Below, piece by piece: positions 1 to 8,416 of a stretch of DNA of 39,769 nucleotides. A program made the translations under genes and the position numbers. The notes beneath the pieces are model-generated. The model made no database searches. It was not told the DNA's origin and saw only the letters and a list, made by a program, of their open reading frames with translations. The stretch comes from an uncultured Candidatus Sumerlaeota bacterium. GTDB lineage: Bacteria; Sumerlaeota; Sumerlaeia; MWCT01. The DNA lies in contig CAZGKP010000002.1 in NCBI GenBank assembly GCA_964526215.1, positions 1-39,769 on the forward strand. The letters are read 5' to 3'. How positions within the stretch are numbered: position 1 is the first letter of the stretch; each line of letters opens with the position of its first letter.

Positions 1-1077
1 CGGGGCGGGGAAAAGGTGCTGGAGATATTTTGCGACCTCTTCGGCGATGCACCGATTTATACACTCTTTTACGAGCCGAAGTGCGTTTCGGAAAAAATCC
101 GCAGACATAAGATTATACCCTCCATCCTGCAAAAGTTTCCTCTAACGCGCAGGTTTTATCGCCATTATCTGCCGCTGTTCCCATGGGCGGTCAGGCGCTT
201 TGACTTATCTGGCTACGGACTTGTGATTTCAACGAGCCATTGTGCGGCAAAGGGCGTGCACATCCCTAAAGGGGCGACACACGTAAGCTACTGTCATACA
301 CCGATGCGCTATATCTGGGACAAGTTTGATATCTATTTCGGGCAGAAATCGCAGATTTCACCGGTGCGCATTGCTGCGGGATTGTTGAGACACAGATTGA
401 GGCGCTGGGACGTTGCGAGTGCGCACAGCGTGGATTTTTTCATTGCAAATTCATTATACATCGCCCAGAAGATAAATAAATATTATGGACGGGAAAGCAC
501 CGTAATCCATCCACCGGTGGATACGGGATTTTTTTGCCCCGGCTCGATTAACAAAGAGCGGGACTCCGGGCTTGTAGACTATTACCTTATAGTCTCCGCC
601 CTTGTTCCGTATAAGCGCATAGATGTAGCGGTGGACGCATTTCGTGGGCGCAGCGAGAACCTTGTTATCGCAGGGAGTGGTCCTGAGGAAAGACGCCTCT
701 GCAAGCGAGCACCGGCGAATGTGAAATTTCTGGGCTGGCAGAGTGATGTTGACTTGCGGAACCTTTATCGCGGGTGTCGGGCGCTGATATTCACAGCGGA
801 GGAGGACTTCGGGATTGTCCCGCTGGAGGCGACTGCCTGCGGTCGCCCGGTGATTGCTTATGCCGCAGGTGGTGCACTCGAAACGGTGGTGGAGGGCAAA
901 ACGGGGGTCTTTTTCCACCAGCAAACCCCCGAATCCCTCTCAATGGCACTGGACAATTTCCGCCCCGATGGATTTGACGCGGCGGAATTACACCGGCACG
1001 CAGAGAGATTTTCCCCGGAGGTCTGCCTCGAGCAACTGAAGGCATTTCTCAAAGAAAAGGTCGGCGTGATATGCTGA
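1..1077 (+). CDS. Glycosyltransferase family 4 (GT-B fold), 5' end cut by window edge
   Basis: Frame 1 is open from nt 1 (RGGEKVLEIF...), so the GTG at 16 is unlikely to be the true start. The C-terminal half has the GT4 donor-binding core (LVIAGSGPEE, FTAEEDFGIVPLEATACGRPVIAYAAGGALETV). The stop overlaps the next start (ATGCTGA). Confidence 0.85.
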   Translation, partial: RGGEKVLEIFCDLFGDAPIYTLFYEPKCVSEKIRRHKIIPSILQKFPLTRRFYRHYLPLFPWAVRRFDLSGYGLVISTSHCAAKGVHIPKGATHVSYCHTPMRYIWDKFDIYFGQKSQISPVRIAAGLLRHRLRRWDVASAHSVDFFIANSLYIAQKINKYYGRESTVIHPPVDTGFFCPGSINKERDSGLVDYYLIVSALVPYKRIDVAVDAFRGRSENLVIAGSGPEERRLCKRAPANVKFLGWQSDVDLRNLYRGCRALIFTAEEDFGIVPLEATACGRPVIAYAAGGALETVVEGKTGVFFHQQTPESLSMALDNFRPDGFDAAELHRHAERFSPEVCLEQLKAFLKEKVGVIC

Positions 1078-2489
1078 AGAAACGCACCGGGTTATGGTTT
1101 ATGGTGCTTGTGGTTTGTGTGGATATTGCAGGCAGTGCGCTCGGTCTTGCCACAACCTACTGGTTGAGATTCGTTGTGGAGATTATGCCCGTAACCAAAG
1201 GCTACGCACCGTATGAGTATTTACGCATATTCCCGTTTGTGGTTCTTGTCTGGATAATCTCTCTGAACTTTGTCCACCTGTATATGCCGCGCAAGCGCGT
1301 CTTCGGTTTCAACGTAATCTGGCGCATTGTGAAGGGTTCATTTCTTGCCATCTTTATCATCGTGGGTATGAATTTTCTTTTGCGCGAGGCAGAGTACTCA
1401 CGCCCGGTGGTCGTAATGGCACCATTTATAGTGAGTGTGTACCTGTGCATCTTCAGGTTCATCCTGGAGAAGATACTGGTTCGGCTCGGTCTGCAAAAGG
1501 GCGTGGGGATGACGCCGGTTTTCATAGTGGGGACCGGAACGGTGGCACGGACGCTCGCCCGGCGCATACGTGAACATCCCGAGTATGGCTACCGTATGGA
1601 TGGTTTTCTCACCGAGAACCCCCAGGATGTGGGGCAAGAGATTGCCGAGGGGCGAATGCCTGAGAGTTGCCGCTCGGCGACATTTCAGGTTGTGGGAGTG
1701 GTGAAAGACGTAACACGCATCGCAGCGCAAAGGGGCGTCAAAGAGGTAATCCTCGCCCGCCCCGACCTCAAGACGAATCATCTGCTTGACTTAATGCTCG
1801 AATGCGAAAAGGAACTCATCACTGTTCACATTGTGCCGGACCTACTTGAAATTATCACAAGCGACATAAGCGTGAACGAAGTCGGCGGCGTGCCGCTTTT
1901 TGGTCTAAAGGAGACTCCCCTTCGCGGACTCAATTTGTTGATAAAGAGACTATTAGACCTCATCTTTGCCGGAATCACTCTCTTGATATCAAGCCCCTTT
2001 ATGCTGGTCATCGCCATCCTGATTAAGCTCGATTCGAAGGGACCCGTAATATACAGGCAGGAGCGAATGGGCGCTGACGGGCATCTATTCACACTGTATA
2101 AATTCCGCTCAATGGTGAAGGATGCCGAGAGACACGGACCGGTCTGGGCGACGGAGAATGACCCGCGCCGCACTCGCATCGGGGCTTTCTTGCGCTCGTG
2201 GAACCTCGATGAATTGCCGCAACTGGTGAACGTTGTGAAGGGAGATATGAGCATCGTGGGACCCAGACCCGAGCGCCCCATATTTGTCGAGAAGTTCAAA
2301 AACGGCGTGCCGCGTTATATGGCACGCCACCGAGTAAAGTCGGGCATCACAGGCTGGGCACAGGTCAACGGACTGCGCGGCGATAGCTCCATTGAAGAAC
2401 GTGTCAAATATGACCTCTTTTACATAGAAAACTGGTCGTTCCTTTTTGATATAAAAATACTCATACTTACACTTTTCGCCATTCATTGA
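1071..2489 (+). CDS. Polyprenyl-phosphate sugar-1-phosphate transferase (bacterial sugar transferase, WbaP/EpsB-like initiating enzyme)
   Basis: 472 aa. N-terminal TM helices, a central Rossmann-like linker (VFIVGTGTVARTLARRI), and the C-terminal sugar-transferase core (KGPVIYRQERMG, LYKFRSM, DELPQLVNVVKGDMSIVGPRPERP, SGITGWAQVNG). Confidence 0.9.
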   Translation: MLKKRTGLWFMVLVVCVDIAGSALGLATTYWLRFVVEIMPVTKGYAPYEYLRIFPFVVLVWIISLNFVHLYMPRKRVFGFNVIWRIVKGSFLAIFIIVGMNFLLREAEYSRPVVVMAPFIVSVYLCIFRFILEKILVRLGLQKGVGMTPVFIVGTGTVARTLARRIREHPEYGYRMDGFLTENPQDVGQEIAEGRMPESCRSATFQVVGVVKDVTRIAAQRGVKEVILARPDLKTNHLLDLMLECEKELITVHIVPDLLEIITSDISVNEVGGVPLFGLKETPLRGLNLLIKRLLDLIFAGITLLISSPFMLVIAILIKLDSKGPVIYRQERMGADGHLFTLYKFRSMVKDAERHGPVWATENDPRRTRIGAFLRSWNLDELPQLVNVVKGDMSIVGPRPERPIFVEKFKNGVPRYMARHRVKSGITGWAQVNGLRGDSSIEERVKYDLFYIENWSFLFDIKILILTLFAIH

Positions 2490-2494
2490 CGCGG

Positions 2495-2939
2495 ATTGTC
2501 TGTTGTCCGTTGTTCAGATTGAGAGCGGTGGACGAGGATGCCTAAAAGTGATTTTGAGAAGTTACGGGTATATCAGTTGGCTGAGAAACTGGCGGATGAG
2601 ATTTGGAATGTCTTCTCAGCTTGGGAAGGCTTTGCCAGGGACGCAATCGGGAAACAAATTGCACGCTCCGCGGATAGTATTGGAGCGAATATTGCAGAAG
2701 GCATCGGACGTGGCAGCTTTCAGGACAACCGCCGGTTTGTCCGAATGGCGAGAAGCTCATTGAAAGAAACACAACAGTTTCTTCGTAGAGCATACAAGCG
2801 AAATCTCCTTAATGACAATCAAGTTAATAAAATCAAACCGCTTATTGATGAGCTCGCACCAAGACTAAACGCATATTCGAATTCAATTGGTCAAGTTCCC
2901 CGAAAAACAAAGGACAAATAACAACGGACAACTGACAAT
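2495..2939 (+). mobile_element. IVS-like cassette: 20-nt terminal inverted repeats enclosing a single four-helix-bundle ORF
   Basis: 2495-2514 ATTGTCTGTTGTCCGTTGTT and 2920-2939 AACAACGGACAACTGACAAT are complementary at 19/20 positions. Exactly one ORF lies between them. Partial copies of the left end occur at 8313, 13011 and 20175. Confidence 0.55.
2538..2921 (+). CDS. Four-helix-bundle protein (23S rRNA intervening-sequence protein family)
   Basis: 127 aa with a family-typical N-terminus (DFEKLRVYQLAEKLADEIW), a central ARSADSIGANIAEG motif and SSLKETQQFL. Purine-rich GGTGGACGAGG lies directly upstream of the ATG. Confidence 0.85.
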   Translation: MPKSDFEKLRVYQLAEKLADEIWNVFSAWEGFARDAIGKQIARSADSIGANIAEGIGRGSFQDNRRFVRMARSSLKETQQFLRRAYKRNLLNDNQVNKIKPLIDELAPRLNAYSNSIGQVPRKTKDK

Positions 2940-4359
2940 GAACAAATTTCCTTTACCCGATTGGGCGCGGAGGGCGGTTCTTTATCAAATTTTCCCCGAC
3001 CGCTTTGCCCGCGCAGAAGATTGCTCGCCATCCTCCCATATCACCGACCCCTGGGATGACGAACTCACCCACGATTCTTACACCGGCGGTAACCTCGACG
3101 GAATCACACAACACCTCGACTATGTCGAAGACCTCGGCGTGAACGTCTTGTGGCTTAATCCTATCTTCTGTGCGCCCTCGAGCCATAAATATGACACGGC
3201 GGACTATACTCGCGTGGATATGCAATTCGGCGGCAACCGTGCACTCCGCAGGCTCGTCCGAGCTGCACATCGCCGCGGGATTCGCATCTTGCTGGATGCC
3301 GTGTGCGGACACTGTTCGCCCGAATTCTTCGCATTCAGAAACCTCCTTCGGCGCCAGCAAAAATCTCCCTTCCGCGCCTGGTTTCATATCAGACGCTTGC
3401 CTGTTGTCCGGGGTACAAAATCTGGCTTCAATCAGACCTACGCCTGCTGGCACGGACATCCCGCACTCCCGCAATTTGACACTGAAAATCCCGATGTGCA
3501 GGAGTATCTCATAGGTGCCTTTGAGAGATGGCTTACGGCTTATGACATTGACGGTTTTCGCCTCGATGCCGTAGAGACCGTCCCGATGCCGTTCTGGGAG
3601 AGGTTCTATAAGCGGATGAAGAAGGCAAAATCAGATGTGCTCCTCGTAGGCGAACTCTGGTCGCAGGACTATCGCTTCATTGAACCACTCCGTATGGATA
3701 CGCTTACGAATTTTCAGCTCCACTGGCTGCTTGTTGACAAGCTCGGCGCGGGGAAGATTAAGTCCGAGGCATTCGCAATAAGAGTTGACACATTGCGCGC
3801 CCATCTCCCGAAGACACATCCCGATGCGATGTTCAATTTCCTCAGCAACCACGACGTTATGCGGGTCGCATCGCGCCCGGGTATGAACCGCCGCCGCCTC
3901 AAGATGCTTTATCTATTTCTTTTGACATATCCGGGATTGCCGGGAATCTATTACGGCGACGAGGTAGGGATGAAGGGGGGAAATCCACCCGCAAGCAGGG
4001 GCGGAATGGTCTGGGATGAGAGCCTCTGGGACAAAGAGATGCACGGTTACATAAAAGACCTTATCCACATAAGGCGAAGCGAAGATGCGCTAACGGTCGG
4101 GAGATTTGAATGGGTCTATGCGAACAATTCCACGCAAGTGGCGATATTCACGCGAGGCAAGGGGGATGAACGCATTGCAATCGTCCTTTATTTCGGCAAG
4201 AGGAAGAGGTCAAGCGATATACACAAGCCCCTTCGGCAAGAGGGGTGGATGGTGAGAGAAGTCCTTTTCCCGCACCATTATGTCCAGACAAGCCCAATCA
4301 CCATACCTGCCGAGAGCGGTGTAGTATTAAGGGTAACGAAGCAAGGGAATGCGAACTAA
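2938..4359 (+). CDS. GH13 alpha-amylase-family glycoside hydrolase, probably cytoplasmic
   Basis: GH13 conserved regions are present: ILLDAVCGH (I), GFRLDAV (II), VGELW (III), FLSNHD (IV). No signal peptide. Start placed at the internal ATG 2938 (MNKFPLPDW...), because the track start at 2887 lies inside the upstream four-helix ORF and repeat arm. Confidence 0.9.
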   Translation: MNKFPLPDWARRAVLYQIFPDRFARAEDCSPSSHITDPWDDELTHDSYTGGNLDGITQHLDYVEDLGVNVLWLNPIFCAPSSHKYDTADYTRVDMQFGGNRALRRLVRAAHRRGIRILLDAVCGHCSPEFFAFRNLLRRQQKSPFRAWFHIRRLPVVRGTKSGFNQTYACWHGHPALPQFDTENPDVQEYLIGAFERWLTAYDIDGFRLDAVETVPMPFWERFYKRMKKAKSDVLLVGELWSQDYRFIEPLRMDTLTNFQLHWLLVDKLGAGKIKSEAFAIRVDTLRAHLPKTHPDAMFNFLSNHDVMRVASRPGMNRRRLKMLYLFLLTYPGLPGIYYGDEVGMKGGNPPASRGGMVWDESLWDKEMHGYIKDLIHIRRSEDALTVGRFEWVYANNSTQVAIFTRGKGDERIAIVLYFGKRKRSSDIHKPLRQEGWMVREVLFPHHYVQTSPITIPAESGVVLRVTKQGNAN

Positions 4360-4362
4360 AAT

Positions 4363-4392
4363 GGGGGTAAAAAATCCCCCAAAAATTTTTTT
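4363..4392 (+). terminator. Rho-independent terminator after the GH13 gene
   Basis: GGGGG-TAAAAAAT-CCCCC hairpin followed by AAAAATTTTTTT, 4 nt after the stop. A second palindrome, AGACCGGTCT plus AATTTTTT, follows at 4393-4410. Confidence 0.6.
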
Positions 4393-4411
4393 AGACCGGT
4401 CTAATTTTTTC

Positions 4412-4441
4412 TTGACACCTGCAACCTTGATGTACTATGTA
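4412..4441 (+). promoter_or_regulatory. Candidate sigma70-type promoter for the pseudopilin / CBM-repeat genes
   Basis: TTGACA (4412-4417), 18-nt spacer, TATGTA (4436-4441). This would give a leader of about 200 nt before the ATG at 4644. Confidence 0.35.
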
Positions 4442-4487
4442 TCTATATCTTTTTGCTGTTAAATAGTACAAATATTGAAAAAGGGGG

Positions 4488-4503
4488 TGGTAAACGGTTT
4501 CGA
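4488..4503. promoter_or_regulatory. Weak candidate LacI-family operator in the pseudopilin leader
   Basis: TGGTAAACGGTTTCGA is an imperfect palindrome with a CG-containing centre. Half-sites GTAAAC / CGAAAC match at 4/6. It lies downstream of the candidate promoter, and a LacI regulator is encoded at 7195. Confidence 0.2.
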
Positions 4504-4643
4504 GGGTGTTGGGAAAAATTGATAGAAATTCCTGACACACGCTCTTTAAGAGTGCGGTAAAAAGCGGACATCTGGCATTGATAGTGGAGCCAGAGCAGCT
4601 TATGATTATTTTGTAATTTCCTCAATATGGAGGTGAGAGTATT

Positions 4644-5324
4644 ATGAAACTTTTTAGCCATTATCGAAAAAGGGCTTTCACCCTAATCGAGCTACTTATC
4701 GTAGTAGCAATTATCGCCATATTAGCGGCGATTGCCGTTCCGAACTTTCTGGAGGCACAGACGCGTTCAAAGGTTTCGCGCTGCGCCGCAGATATGCGTT
4801 CCATACGCACCGCTATCGAATCATATTACGTTGACGTCAACTGGTATCCCGAAACGGACACAGGCACAGCAGACTGGACAAAAGCCGGTGTTGGGCTTAT
4901 CCGGTGCACCACTCCGGTGGCATATATCACAACTATCCCCAAATCGCCTTTTAGAGAAGAAAAAATCGGGCATCCGTCTGGTTCTCCGAAAAACTGTAAT
5001 AAGTATAACATCTATCTTTACGTAAGAGAGTTAAAAGTTGGGGCAGGTGGTAAGAACATCGTCACCGAAAATGACCCTAATTATGTGTTGGACAGAAAGG
5101 TTTACCTCTTCGCTAATGCCCCACTTGACCCGATGGATATAAGACCTTATGAGGGTTACTGGGAACTTAAGAGTGTTGGGCCGGATAACTCGGATGATAG
5201 AGACAGTCAACAGGGTCACGTTCCTGAGGAAGCAAGGATTTATGACCCGACGAATGGCACAGTAAGCGCAGGTGATATCGTTGTTTACGGAGACACTCAA
5301 GGGTTTGCACACCAGAAGGAGTAA
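4644..5324 (+). CDS. Pseudopilin (prepilin-type N-terminal cleavage/methylation domain, GspG/PulG-like)
   Basis: N-terminus KRAFTLIELLIVVAIIAILAAIAVPNFLEAQTRSKVSR. GGAGGTG SD 8 nt upstream. C-terminal YDPTNGTVSAGDI motif is shared with the 29021 paralogue. Confidence 0.85.
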   Translation: MKLFSHYRKRAFTLIELLIVVAIIAILAAIAVPNFLEAQTRSKVSRCAADMRSIRTAIESYYVDVNWYPETDTGTADWTKAGVGLIRCTTPVAYITTIPKSPFREEKIGHPSGSPKNCNKYNIYLYVRELKVGAGGKNIVTENDPNYVLDRKVYLFANAPLDPMDIRPYEGYWELKSVGPDNSDDRDSQQGHVPEEARIYDPTNGTVSAGDIVVYGDTQGFAHQKE

Positions 5325-5455
5325 GTATATGCTGCCTAACAATTGGTCCATATCGCCTCATAGCTGTTAATTATCTATTTGAGGGGGGGTGATTTTCTCT
5401 TTTTTACTTTTTCCGATGATAATGCATCTTAAAACCCATTAAGGAGGTAGTTAAA

Positions 5456-7042
5456 ATGAAAGCAAAGACTGTAATATTTTCACTGGTAATTATTTTATTA
5501 TTCGCTGTTTCTCCTTCATTTCCTGTCACCCAGTATCAAGGGAACGATATTTATGTAACTGGTGATGGGGGATACCTCGATGGATGGAATCCGGGGGGTA
5601 GTTCCACATATAAACTGGAAGATGAAGGGGCAAGTGGCGATGCCGTGGCAGACGACGGGGTCTTCAGCCGGACAATCAGTATCCCACAGGATGGGTCAAC
5701 CTCCGGTACATTTTATTGGAAGGCGGCAGCAAACGGTTGGATATGGGAATGTCCAGCATCGATGATATCGAGCAGAATGAGCACAAAGTACTGGGGTAGC
5801 ATCCCGCAGGATGTAACTTTTTACTTCAACAGTAATGACCTGAACGATGGCTGGCGTCCAGACCACGCCGCTGGCGATAAGGGTATCCTCAACTGTAGTC
5901 TTAATCCCTTCCTCTCTGCCAGTGGGGTTTACCGTGCCGTAGGTAATTGGCAGGATGAAATCGGCGATAGTGGAGATTGGAATTTCAGTAGCAGCATAAC
6001 TATTATGCACGATGATGGTTTGAATGGGGATGACACCGCCAGCGATGGTATTTACTCATTTCAAACCACCGGCATCCCGCCGGGGAGTTATATGTATAAG
6101 GTTGGGATAGATGGCAGTGATGACCCCCAGGTCAACCAGGGTGGATTGATGCAAGGCACAGCTGGTTTTGATTACGGTTTTACCGTGCTTGATAGTACCG
6201 ATGTCATAACCTTCAAGCTGAATATAGACAACAGCGCATATAAGGCAGGGCGAATCACCGTTCACAACAACAATCCACTTGTAAATCCCGGTCCTCCATT
6301 CTATGCCACTTCATCCAGCGATGACTGGACTACGCAATTAAACGTTGATTCCCAGCTATATGATGATGCAACTCACGGGGACGCATTTGCCGGGGATAAT
6401 ATTTACTCGAGGATATTTACAGTGGCAACTCCGGGCGAGCATCTGTTCAGGCTCAAACAGGGTATCGGACCATATTACCCTGACAGCGGCGATTATCCAT
6501 TTGTTACCACAGCCGCCAACCAACAAGTTCGTGTCCAGTTCGACACAAATCAATATACCGACACCGATTTCCAACCCGATACGCGTTTCCCCTTCGTGAA
6601 TATTGCTGCAGTGAAGACACAGAGCAGGATTCAGGCTGTCGGCGACTGGCAAACTGAATTTGGAGGCAGCGATTGGACCCCTGATGATGATAATTTCCTT
6701 CTTTCTGACGACGCTTCGGCACCTGATGGGAATCCGGGTGATTTGATTTATAGTCGAATCTTCGGTCCAAGCTTTTTCGGAAGTACCACTTTCGCACTTA
6801 AGGTAGTTGGTGAAGGCGGTTGGACCTATCAGTTCGGTGGCACTGGCGAAGGCTATACCAAATCCGGCAACAATGATAATATGAGTTTTACAACAGATTC
6901 CGGTGGAAGCTTCACTGCGTTTGCAGATACTGTTACGGGACGTGCAGGGGCTGGGTCGGTTCCGCCGCAACGACCAAATACAATCTATACCCCACTTACC
7001 CCCGCCACGGGGGCAAACGGTGCCTGGACTTTTTATGAATAA
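5456..7042 (+). CDS. Secreted protein with four carbohydrate-binding-like repeats (pullulanase/amylase-associated type)
   Basis: Signal peptide MKAKTVIFSLVIILLFAVSPSF and an AAGGAGG SD. Four repeats of the pattern GD..A.DG(I/V)(Y/F)S...... : GDAVADDGVFSRTISIP, GDDTASDGIYSFQTTGIPPGSYMYKV, GDAFAGDNIYSRIFTVATPGEHLFRLK, GNPGDLIYSRIFGP. Two are preceded by VG(N/D)WQ.E.G..(G)DW. Confidence 0.55.
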   Translation: MKAKTVIFSLVIILLFAVSPSFPVTQYQGNDIYVTGDGGYLDGWNPGGSSTYKLEDEGASGDAVADDGVFSRTISIPQDGSTSGTFYWKAAANGWIWECPASMISSRMSTKYWGSIPQDVTFYFNSNDLNDGWRPDHAAGDKGILNCSLNPFLSASGVYRAVGNWQDEIGDSGDWNFSSSITIMHDDGLNGDDTASDGIYSFQTTGIPPGSYMYKVGIDGSDDPQVNQGGLMQGTAGFDYGFTVLDSTDVITFKLNIDNSAYKAGRITVHNNNPLVNPGPPFYATSSSDDWTTQLNVDSQLYDDATHGDAFAGDNIYSRIFTVATPGEHLFRLKQGIGPYYPDSGDYPFVTTAANQQVRVQFDTNQYTDTDFQPDTRFPFVNIAAVKTQSRIQAVGDWQTEFGGSDWTPDDDNFLLSDDASAPDGNPGDLIYSRIFGPSFFGSTTFALKVVGEGGWTYQFGGTGEGYTKSGNNDNMSFTTDSGGSFTAFADTVTGRAGAGSVPPQRPNTIYTPLTPATGANGAWTFYE

Positions 7043-7064
7043 CCCTTATGTATTGGTTGAACTT

Positions 7065-7104
7065 GAGGGGGAATTGCAATTAGGCGATTCCCCTCTTTTT
7101 ATTT
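7065..7104 (+). terminator. Rho-independent terminator after the CBM-repeat gene
   Basis: GAGGGGGAAT ... ATTCCCCTC stem (one bulged G) followed by TTTTTATTT. Confidence 0.6.
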
Positions 7105-7194
7105 ACCGACGACTTAAAGAAGATGCTCCGGTATAAAATCCAATCCTGGAGAATTCAGCATCCACCCGCGATGGGTAAGAACTGGTAGTCTCGA

Positions 7195-8286
7195 ATGCGA
7201 AAGAAGCACCTCACAATTCGTGACATTGCCCGCCTGACGGGTTTTTCACGTTCCACGGTTTCGCTGGTTCTGAACGACAGTCCCCTTGTAAAACCGGCGA
7301 CCCGTGAGAAAATCCTTCACCTCATAAAAGAGGTTGATTATCACCCGAATGTCCAGGCGCGGGGACTGGCATCGCGCCGCCCGAAAGCCATCGCAGTCGT
7401 TTTACCCGCCATCCGCCACCACCTCTTCTCCGATTATTACTACCCTCAAGCACTCGGTGGTATTATCGAATACGCCGTCAAACCGGGCTATGACATAATC
7501 CTCGAAGTCGCCACAAAGCAGTTCGTGAAATCTGAAAAATACCTGCGCCTTTTCAAGACGCATACAGTCAGGGGAATGCTGTTTATCGGTGCATCGGAAG
7601 CGGATGAATACATCCTGAAGGCACATAAAGAGGGCTTTCGCGTAATGCTCGTAAATAGCGTGCTTGGCGATGTCCCAGCAGTTGCGGCGGACAATGAGTC
7701 TTCCGCACGTCTACTTATCCAGCACCTTGCGAAACTCGGACACCGGTCGATCGCCCTTATCGGTGCCCCTCAACATATCACTACCAGCCGTCATCGAATA
7801 AGAGGATACAGACTCGGTCTCAGGGAAGCAGGCATAAATCTGCCGAAGGGTTTTTGCCGCTCGGGGAACTGGACGGAACCCGGTGGCTACCGCTGTGCCC
7901 GCATCTTGCTCCAGTCAAAACCCAGCCCCACTGCGATTGTCGCCGCAAATGACCTTATGGCAATAGGTGCAATGCGAGCTGCCCGTGACCTGGGCTTTGA
8001 TGTGCCCGATGACGTCTCTATCGTTGGTGCAGACGATATTTCTCTCGCCGCCTACACAACCCCTTCGCTCACCACTTTCCGCCAGCCGATTTATGAGATA
8101 GGCAGGCTGGCGATGGAATCTCTCCTGAAATCTATTATTGATAATTCACCGCCGATGAGCCGCCTTGTCCCCACCGAGCTTATTTTGCGCGACTCCTCTG
8201 CCAGACCGCCTTCTGTCTATAACCCACCGAAGCCACAACCAAAACAGACGTCCTCCCGAGGCAGACAAAAAAGGATTTACACATAA
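7195..8286 (+). CDS. LacI-family transcriptional regulator
   Basis: N-terminal HTH ([22 protein letters not shown]) followed by a periplasmic-binding-protein-like sugar-binding core ([34 protein letters not shown]). Confidence 0.9.
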   Translation: MRKKHLTIRDIARLTGFSRSTVSLVLNDSPLVKPATREKILHLIKEVDYHPNVQARGLASRRPKAIAVVLPAIRHHLFSDYYYPQALGGIIEYAVKPGYDIILEVATKQFVKSEKYLRLFKTHTVRGMLFIGASEADEYILKAHKEGFRVMLVNSVLGDVPAVAADNESSARLLIQHLAKLGHRSIALIGAPQHITTSRHRIRGYRLGLREAGINLPKGFCRSGNWTEPGGYRCARILLQSKPSPTAIVAANDLMAIGAMRAARDLGFDVPDDVSIVGADDISLAAYTTPSLTTFRQPIYEIGRLAMESLLKSIIDNSPPMSRLVPTELILRDSSARPPSVYNPPKPQPKQTSSRGRQKRIYT

Positions 8287-8312
8287 AGGGCGTAATCTGC
8301 CCCGAAAATAAT

Positions 8313-8396
8313 CGTTGTCCGTTGTCTGTTGTCAGTTGGAGTATACGGGAATTGCTGATTGATATTTTTATCCTTTTGGGAGGGACGAGAAGCCTC
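8313..8396 (+). repeat. R1 copy A: ORF-less ghost of the four-helix cassette left end
   Basis: CGTTGTCCGTTGTCTGTTGTCAGTTGGAG..TGATTGATATTTTTATCCTTTTGGGAGGGACGAGAAGCCTCATAA. About 85% identical by eye to copy B. Its 3' end (GGAGGGACGAGAAGCCT) parallels the cassette start region (GGTGGACGAGGATGCCT). Confidence 0.6.
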
Positions 8397-8416
8397 ATAA
8401 CGACTATCCCGAAAAT

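Noticed and set aside
2887-2937. N-terminal extension of the GH13 ORF (MVKFPEKQRTNNNGQLT).
   Set aside because: It overlaps the 3' end of the four-helix ORF and is a translation of the low-complexity right arm. The internal ATG at 2938 gives a typical GH13 N-terminus.
2495-2939. Diversity-generating retroelement. The four-helix-bundle ORF belongs to the same fold family as DGR accessory protein Avd.
   Set aside because: The window has no reverse transcriptase ORF, no template/variable repeat pair with adenine-specific differences, and no plausible target gene with a C-type-lectin-like end. The flanking inverted repeats fit the rRNA-IVS architecture better.
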